Source: a virus. Taken from it: DNA of 5,912 bases. Below the pieces are notes generated by a model. The model ran no database searches. It saw only the letters and a list, made by a program, of their open reading frames with translations, and had not been told where the DNA came from. Positions 1 through 3,563 of this stretch are shown piece after piece. Made by a program: the position numbers and the translations under genes. Location of the stretch: positions 1-5,912 of IMG/VR virus record IMGVR_UViG_3300045988_001419; one strand, written 5' to 3'. Each line of letters opens with the position of its first letter. Positions within the stretch are counted from its first letter, which is position 1.

Positions 1-55
1 TTGCTACACTGTCCCACAGGCCGAAATATTCATGCTTCATGATATCTTCTTTCCT
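1..55. repeat. Terminal overlap copy 1, identical to 5858-5912. Most likely an assembly overlap of a circular molecule rather than a biological direct terminal repeat.
   Basis: I compared the two copies base by base: ttgctacactgtcccacaggccgaaatattcatgcttcatgatatcttctttcct appears at both ends. The overlap contains the first 40 nt (minus strand) of the 79-aa ORF. Confidence 0.9.
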
Positions 56-60
56 TTCTT

Positions 61-183
61 TTACAGCCGGATGCCACCACGCATAGGCTTTTTGCTGAGG
101 TTGATGCTTTTGGTTTTTCGTGCGGTTACGTTAAACATATGGCGGTCTTTTGCGCCTCTCATTGCTTTACGATGTCGTGCCAT
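61..183 (-). CDS. Small, highly basic DNA-binding/packaging peptide (phiX174 J-like, gokushovirus ORF8-like), 40 aa: MARHRKAMRGAKDRHMFNVTARKTKSINLSKKPMRGGIRL
   Basis: 13 of 40 residues are Arg/Lys. The C-terminal PMRGGIRL matches my recollection of the conserved C-terminus of the small basic peptides of gokushoviruses. The ATG at 183 is preceded by GAAAGG 9 nt upstream. The ORF track offers an in-frame extension to 258, but neither that ATG nor the one at 222 has a good Shine-Dalgarno. Confidence 0.65.
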   Translation of the reverse strand: MARHRKAMRGAKDRHMFNVTARKTKSINLSKKPMRGGIRL

Positions 184-280
184 TTTTGTGTACCTTTCTT
201 TTCTTTTTTTTGTTTCGTCCATGGTTCCAATTTGCTTCTTCGGTCTGGTCTCGTGCATTCCATGTTTTGTGCATTATGGT

Positions 281-403
281 TTACTCCTTTCTGTCTTCGC
301 TGATGCTATCGTGCAGCGCATGATAGATTTCGTCGAGCTTTTCTAGAATCTGCATCATAATGCGGATTGCTTGCTTGACGTCCTTAATGGAAATCAGTGC
401 CAT
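281..403 (-). CDS. Hypothetical 40-aa acidic helical peptide, MALISIKDVKQAIRIMMQILEKLDEIYHALHDSISEDRKE, translationally coupled to the upstream peptidase gene
   Basis: The ATG at 403 lies 1 nt after the peptidase stop (405-407) and 7 nt after AAGGGGG. The ORF track shows a 72-aa version starting at 499, but that part overlaps the peptidase 3' end and lacks a Shine-Dalgarno. I recognise no family. The peptide is not hydrophobic enough to be a holin. Confidence 0.45.
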   Translation of the reverse strand: MALISIKDVKQAIRIMMQILEKLDEIYHALHDSISEDRKE

Positions 404-404
404 T

Positions 405-797
405 TTATACCCCCTTTCTGTATTTTTTCCCTCTTCGCACATCAAAGTGCACCCAATTGTTGTATACGATAATGCCGCATTCATCCGGAATGATTTCATT
501 CAGTTTGTTGGCAAGCTCTTTTGCGCTTATTCCATCTACCCGGATGTCTGCTGCCATACCGCGCATGTGATAGCTGTATTTTGCTCCTCCGCATTTTGCG
601 TTCCACTCTGGTGTTCTGTATCCGCTGGTGATGATTACCGGCTTTCCTAGTTTATCTCTGAGGATATCCAGAACGGTGTATAGGTAGTCGTCTATGAATA
701 CTACCTGGCTGCCGTCTTTGCAAGCAAATTCTTTTACTTTGAAGTGTCTTGCCAGCTTTACGTTTCCATCTGTGTCCATGATGTAGCTTTTGAGCAT
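405..797 (-). CDS. Zinc D-Ala-D-Ala / peptidoglycan peptidase, M15 family (Peptidase_M15_3 / M15A-like), 130 aa, putative endolysin
   Basis: The motifs are HFKVKEFACKDG (N-terminal), SGYR, SYHMRGMAAD (H77 at 569-567, D84 at 548-546) and WVHFD (H117 at 449-447), which together form the H-x6-D...H zinc triad of the M15 fold. The ATG at 797 is preceded by AAAGGAG 9 nt upstream. The track start at 806 is a TTG. There is no signal peptide, TM segment or cell-wall-binding domain. Confidence 0.85.
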   Translation of the reverse strand: MLKSYIMDTDGNVKLARHFKVKEFACKDGSQVVFIDDYLYTVLDILRDKLGKPVIITSGYRTPEWNAKCGGAKYSYHMRGMAADIRVDGISAKELANKLNEIIPDECGIIVYNNWVHFDVRRGKKYRKGV

Positions 798-819
798 TTT
801 CGTCAACTCCTTTGTTTGT

Positions 820-848
820 ATTATAATTTAAAAGCTCCCGGTCGTCAA
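820..848 (-). promoter_or_regulatory. Sigma70-type promoter P2: TTGACG (848..843), 17-nt spacer, TATAAT (825..820), reading into the peptidase gene
   Basis: I read this directly from the reverse complement. The -35 matches consensus 5/6, the -10 matches 6/6 and the spacer is the optimal 17 nt. The -35 lies in the loop of the 832-858 hairpin. The predicted start is near 813, just upstream of the AAAGGAG Shine-Dalgarno. Confidence 0.55.
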
Positions 849-858
849 TCGGGAGCTT
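832..858 (-). terminator. Hairpin immediately after the 60-aa ORF stop. It is terminator-like on both strands.
   Basis: A 9-bp stem AAGCTCCCG / CGGGAGCTT encloses a 9-nt loop. On the minus strand it is followed by TTTTAAATTAT. On the plus strand it is followed by GCTTTTTATTCTTTTT. It starts 6 nt downstream of the stop codon at 864-866. Confidence 0.5.
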
Positions 859-863
859 GCTTT

Positions 864-1046
864 TTATTCTTTTTCAGTGAAGTATATTTCCATTACTTCG
901 ACTTTGTACAAGGAATAGATCCCCTTGTGTTTGTTTGCGTATTCTCTTGCTCTCTTTTTTGCGTTTTTGGGTTCATCGGTGATTTTTAATACCGTGGTCA
1001 TCGTGTCGTCATTGTTCCAGCTTCTTAACTCGTATTTGTGCATCAT
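864..1046 (-). CDS. Hypothetical 60-aa protein, MMHKYELRSWNNDDTMTTVLKITDEPKNAKKRAREYANKHKGIYSLYKVEVMEIYFTEKE, in a monocistronic accessory (moron-like) cassette
   Basis: The ATGATG at 1046-1041 is preceded by AAGGAAGGTG 6 nt upstream. The track version starting at 1097 is a TTG start inside the predicted promoter spacer, so it is unlikely. The ORF has its own promoter upstream and a hairpin downstream. I recognise no family. Confidence 0.6.
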   Translation of the reverse strand: MMHKYELRSWNNDDTMTTVLKITDEPKNAKKRAREYANKHKGIYSLYKVEVMEIYFTEKE

Positions 1047-1078
1047 TTTAAGCACCTTCCTTTTCTTTCTGTGATTAT

Positions 1079-1107
1079 ATTCTATCATATTTTTCAAAAA
1101 AAGTCAA
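1079..1107 (-). promoter_or_regulatory. Sigma70-type promoter P1: TTGACT (1107..1102), 17-nt spacer, extended -10 TGaTAGAAT (1087..1079), with an A/T-rich UP-like region upstream (1108-1140)
   Basis: I read this from the reverse complement as cTTGACTttttttgaaaaataTGaTAGAATataatcac. The -35 is 5/6, the -10 is 5/6 with a TG extension, and the spacer is 17 nt. It sits at the edge of the noncoding region, about 30 nt upstream of the ORF60 start. Confidence 0.6.
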
Positions 1108-1166
1108 GTTTTTTTTGAAATTTTAATTGATATATTAGTAGCTGGTTTTGCTCCTTTGTTTTGAAT

Positions 1167-1180
1167 GGCGCTTTAGCGCC
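1167..1180. repeat. Palindrome GGCGCT-TT-AGCGCC
   Basis: The arms are 1167-1172 and 1175-1180. The same arm sequences recur at 1463-1468 and 1487-1492, and an AGCGCT palindrome lies at 1227-1232. Confidence 0.7.
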
Positions 1181-1240
1181 TTGCCGTATGGAGCGCAGCG
1201 GAATTCGGCTAAATCCATTCCTTTTTAGCGCTGTGCGCGT

Positions 1241-1361
1241 TTTCAACACTTTCAACACTTTCAACACTTTCAACAGGTTTTCAACATAAAGTTGCACAAT
1301 GATTTTCGTTATTTTGACGAACTTTCAACAATTCAACAAGTTTTCAACAAAACTTTCAACA
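1241..1361 (+). repeat. Iteron array: nine same-orientation copies of (C)TTTCAACA
   Basis: TTTCAACA starts at 1241, 1250, 1259, 1268 (four perfect 9-bp tandem units), 1279, 1323, 1342 and 1354. ATTCAACA starts at 1331 and a degenerate TTTCAACT at 1408. All copies are in one orientation and in noncoding sequence. Confidence 0.9.
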
Positions 1362-1414
1362 CTGTTTTTTGCTTTTTATTTACGCTCTAACGTTAAATTT
1401 TAGTACTTTTCAAC

Positions 1415-1423
1415 TTTTCCACA
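1415..1423 (+). promoter_or_regulatory. DnaA-box-like 9-mer TTTTCCACA (fits the relaxed consensus TTWTNCACA)
   Basis: This is a direct match to the consensus. Three iterons extended by one T (TTTTCAACA at 1240, 1278 and 1341) differ from that consensus at one position. A single 9-mer match could arise by chance. Confidence 0.3.
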
Positions 1424-1427
1424 TTGC

Positions 1428-1442
1428 CTACTACTACTACTA
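1428..1442. repeat. (CTA)5 trinucleotide microsatellite
   Basis: ctactactactacta is read directly from the sequence. Confidence 0.9.
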
Positions 1443-1462
1443 CAACAAGTTATATATTATAC

Positions 1463-1492
1463 GGCGCTTGTGAGCTTGCGAACAATAGCGCC
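1463..1492. repeat. Inverted repeat GGCGCT ... AGCGCC with an 18-nt loop
   Basis: The arms are 1463-1468 and 1487-1492, the same 6-mers as the 1167-1180 palindrome. Confidence 0.6.
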
Positions 1493-1498
1493 TAAGAG

Positions 1499-1542
1499 CC
1501 GCGCGTGCGCGCGTGCGCGCTTCGCGCGCGTGCGCACGCGCG
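1499..1542. repeat. 44-nt GC-rich alternating purine-pyrimidine tract forming a long imperfect hairpin (candidate ssDNA structural signal, Z-DNA-prone)
   Basis: The sequence is ccgcgcgtgcgcgcgtgcgcgc tt cgcgcgcgtgcgcacgcgcg. There are two 20-nt perfectly alternating R-Y runs (1501-1520 and 1523-1542). Pairing 1502-1520 with 1524-1542 around a 3-nt loop gives 19 positions: 15 Watson-Crick pairs, 3 G-T pairs and 1 mismatch. GCGCGTGCGC recurs at 1501, 1509 and 1526. Confidence 0.85.
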
Positions 1543-1560
1543 ATAAAGTATAGCTATTTG

Positions 1561-1578
1561 ATAGACTGAATAGACTGA
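1561..1578. repeat. Tandem direct repeat ATAGACTGA x2, preceded by the palindrome ATAGCTAT (1550-1557)
   Basis: Read directly: atagactga atagactga. Confidence 0.85.
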
Positions 1579-1601
1579 TACATGGAGCTTTTAAATGATA
1601 A

Positions 1602-1635
1602 TAGCCCAGTACCTTACTTGATAGGTACTGGGCTA
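1602..1635 (-). terminator. Strong hairpin 10 nt downstream of the VP4 stop. It is a candidate transcription terminator and/or ssDNA origin structure.
   Basis: A 12-bp perfect stem TAGCCCAGTACC / GGTACTGGGCTA (1602-1613 and 1624-1635) gains one extra T-A pair at 1614/1623, leaving an 8-nt loop. On the minus strand it is followed by the A/T-rich TTATCATTTAAAAG, which is not a clean U-tract. Confidence 0.5.
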
Positions 1636-1645
1636 GGTGACACCG

Positions 1646-2665
1646 TTAGAGTGTCCCCTTCTTCTTCATCTGCTTCTTTATCACCCTTTCTTTTGTCCTA
1701 CACTGTTCTGCAAAGTCTGTGCTTTCATACTTTAGCCGGTTTTCTGCTATTGCTGTTGCTTGTCTGTTCTGTTTAATTCTCCATAATCTTTGTGGGTTTT
1801 CAGCTTCCATCATTTTTTCATAATAACGTGGAATTTTTGCTCGTTTGCCGTTTGTGCATTGGATATACCCTTGTTTCCAGATTTCTGCTTTGTGTTCTTG
1901 ATAATAGTGGTCTCCTAAGCCCGGTTTGAGGCTCATACATGCAAAAGGTTTTTGTTGCCCTAGTTCATAGTATGCGTTTGCTTTTTGGCCGTCCATCTCG
2001 TACATTTTTTTTGTAACGTATCCAGCAACATATCTATATGTTTCTGGTACTGCTTGTGCTATCTGTATTTGACCCATGCCCCACAGGTTTTCTAACCATT
2101 TACTTGTGAAATATCCGTTGTGCTGTATCTTGTATAGGTGCTCTAGGTCTGTTGGTCTCCATCCATATAGAATCATATGGAAGTGTGGTCTTGCCGTCTG
2201 TTCTCCGTATTCTCCCGCTAAGAAATAGCGTAATTTGCCCCTATAAGCCTTTCTGAGGCGTTTTAAGAACTTTTGAATGTCAGTATATAGCAAAGTTTGG
2301 ACGCTTTCTGGGCGCTTCTCTCCCGGTTTCCAGGTGTATTGTACTTTTCGCATGATTTCGCCTGTGTTTACTATCATGCCCGGTACATGGTCATCGTCAT
2401 AAGTTAATGTGATAAACCAAACTTCTTCTCTTGGATAGTCTCGTGCTTCTAATTCTATTCGTGTTGTCCAGTCCTCTCTTTGTCTGATTCTGCATCCGAT
2501 GCACTGTCCGCATGGTATCAACATGACATCTTTTCTATACATCAAATCTTCATACTTGAGCTGTTTCCCGCTTATTTCAGAAAAGCGGGCAAGTGAATAC
2601 ACTCGTCCGCTTATGTCTTTGTTTTCCGGGTTGTACAGCCTTATTAATGGCTTGTAACAACTCAT
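1646..2665 (-). CDS. VP4: Rolling-circle replication initiator VP4 (HUH endonuclease, phiX174 A-like), 339 aa
   Basis: Motif I is FITLTY (residues 84-89). Motif II is the HUH element PHFHMILY (H161/H163, near 2185-2177). Motif III is YVAGYVTKK, with two tyrosines spaced YxxxY (Y212 at 2032-2030, Y216 at 2020-2018). The N-terminal PCGQCIGCR cysteine cluster is typical of gokushovirus Rep. An ATGA overlap links it to the VP2 stop. Confidence 0.93.
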   Translation of the reverse strand: MSCYKPLIRLYNPENKDISGRVYSLARFSEISGKQLKYEDLMYRKDVMLIPCGQCIGCRIRQREDWTTRIELEARDYPREEVWFITLTYDDDHVPGMIVNTGEIMRKVQYTWKPGEKRPESVQTLLYTDIQKFLKRLRKAYRGKLRYFLAGEYGEQTARPHFHMILYGWRPTDLEHLYKIQHNGYFTSKWLENLWGMGQIQIAQAVPETYRYVAGYVTKKMYEMDGQKANAYYELGQQKPFACMSLKPGLGDHYYQEHKAEIWKQGYIQCTNGKRAKIPRYYEKMMEAENPQRLWRIKQNRQATAIAENRLKYESTDFAEQCRTKERVIKKQMKKKGTL

Positions 2666-3525
2666 TTCAAATAGTCACCCGGCTTTCGTTTTTCTCCGTA
2701 TGCTCCAGTTTTGTCTTGCGGCTTCATGCCCCTACTTTGTTCTGTGCCTTTTTCCGTTTTTTTTGTTGCTTTTTCGATTGCTTTGCCTGTGTCGCTTCCG
2801 ACTTCTGTAAGGGCTTTTTGCAGTCCGTATGGCGTCATATGTGTTGAACTTAGCATTTGTTGCCAGCTTTGTGCAGCATTGTACCAGTCACTTTGGCTCC
2901 AGCTTGAACTTGAGTATGCATTTGGCACAAACCCTCCGCTTCGGCTTACTCCTAGTGCACTGCTACTCGCAAGTCCCATACTCGCACCGCTGATTGTTCC
3001 GGCTGACCCGCCCGGTGTGCTTGCGCCACCGTTTGCGAATGCTAAGATAGGGTTTAGTCCCGCTTTTTTCATGTCTTCAACTGCACGCTGGTATGCTGTG
3101 CTTGACATGTGCTCTTGCCATTCACGGTTTGCTAGTGCTTCTGCACTGTTGTAGTTCATTGCTACGCTGTTTTCAATGTGGTTATATACGCCTTGCATAA
3201 TTGCTTGTAAGGTGTTGTAACCCATCTGTTTAAGCATGCTTTGACTGTTGTATTTACCTTGCATGGCGGCTTCTTGCCCTTGGTACGCGTATGCCTGTTT
3301 AAGCCAGTCATTTACCTGTTGAATGTTCGTTCCGGCTTGGCTTCCGCTCTCGGAATGTCCACCGCCTTGGCTTTGGCTTCCGCCTTGGCTTTGGCTGTTA
3401 CCGGTTTGACCCCAGCCGCCAAAAGCTCCAGCAACGTTTTTTGCCGCGCCGGCGATTGTTCCGACCGTATTCGCCACGTTTCCCGCTACGTTTAGTGCTG
3501 TTAAGAATCCTGATAATGCTCCCAT
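2662..3525 (-). CDS. VP2: DNA pilot / minor capsid protein VP2, 287 aa
   Basis: The protein has a Gly/Ala/Ser/Gln-rich low-complexity N-terminal third. Its central block REWQEHMSSTAYQRAVEDMKKAGLNPILAF matches my recollection of the conserved TAYQR...AGLNP motif of gokushovirus VP2. The gene sits between VP1 and VP4. An in-frame stop lies directly upstream of the ATG at 3525. Confidence 0.85.
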   Translation of the reverse strand: MGALSGFLTALNVAGNVANTVGTIAGAAKNVAGAFGGWGQTGNSQSQGGSQSQGGGHSESGSQAGTNIQQVNDWLKQAYAYQGQEAAMQGKYNSQSMLKQMGYNTLQAIMQGVYNHIENSVAMNYNSAEALANREWQEHMSSTAYQRAVEDMKKAGLNPILAFANGGASTPGGSAGTISGASMGLASSSALGVSRSGGFVPNAYSSSSWSQSDWYNAAQSWQQMLSSTHMTPYGLQKALTEVGSDTGKAIEKATKKTEKGTEQSRGMKPQDKTGAYGEKRKPGDYLK

Positions 3526-3533
3526 TTAAAAAT

Positions 3534-3553
3534 AGCCCGGATTTCTCCGGGCT
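3534..3553 (-). terminator. Intergenic VP1-VP2 hairpin with a GAAA tetraloop followed by ATTTTTAA. It is a candidate attenuator/partial terminator.
   Basis: An 8-bp GC-rich stem AGCCCGGA / TCCGGGCT encloses the loop GAAA (minus-strand sense), followed by a U5 stretch. It lies between the AGGAGG at 3560..3555 and the VP2 ATG at 3525. Confidence 0.55.
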
Positions 3554-3563
3554 TCCTCCTTTC

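Noticed and set aside
1-55. The terminal 55-nt direct repeat as a biological terminal redundancy, or as att/LTR-like repeats of a mobile element
   Set aside because: The repeat falls inside a coding sequence (the start of the 79-aa ORF), and joining the ends restores a continuous gene and its Shine-Dalgarno. An exact overlap of this length is what de Bruijn assemblers leave on circular contigs.
32-346. Plus-strand ORFs that are very hydrophobic (32-346, 360-650, 744-989, 1582-1776, 2593-2847, 2711-3154, 3241-3495, 4368-4631, 5542-5751) and so superficially tempting as holin or membrane-protein candidates
   Set aside because: They are antisense shadows of well-supported minus-strand genes. 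Complementing an A/G-rich coding strand gives Phe/Leu/Cys-rich pseudo-proteins. None has a convincing Shine-Dalgarno. Microviridae are known to transcribe only the strand with viral polarity.
1074-1107. Alternative pairing of the -35 TTGACT with the perfect TATAAT at 1079..1074
   Set aside because: The spacer would be 22 nt, too long for sigma70. The TGaTAGAAT element at 17-nt spacing is the better fit.
1102-1110. Minus-strand AACTTGAC, which resembles the phiX174 origin core CAACTTGATA and is on the correct (viral) strand
   Set aside because: The match is only 7 nt and coincides with the -35 hexamer TTGACT, which explains it. The downstream AT-rich key sequence of the phiX origin is not reproduced.
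1094-1297. 67-aa minus-strand ORF (MQLYVENLLKVLKVLKVLK...) across the noncoding region
   Set aside because: Its start is a GTG without a Shine-Dalgarno. The LKV repeats are simply the translated 9-bp iterons. It also runs through the palindromes and into the P1 promoter, so it is most likely non-coding.
1241-1361. The iteron array as a CRISPR array
   Set aside because: The repeat unit is only 8-9 nt. The first four copies are directly abutting with no spacers, and the others have irregular 0-44 nt gaps. There is no leader or cas context in this 5.9-kb phage genome.
1444-1475. A dif-like XerC/D site that could mediate prophage integration, as reported for some gokushovirus prophages. The minus strand reads GCGCCGTATAA-TATATA-ACTTGTTGTAG.
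   Set aside because: The putative XerC arm and central region resemble E. coli dif only partly (about 7/11 and 5/6). The normally best-conserved XerD arm (TTATGTTAAAT) matches only about 5/11. This is not convincing without a host dif sequence to compare.
1456-1482. A third minus-strand promoter: TATAAT at 1461..1456 with TTCGCA at 1482..1477
   Set aside because: The -35 is only 4/6, and the 15-nt spacer is suboptimal. The -10 lies in a simple AT-rich block where such hexamers arise by chance.
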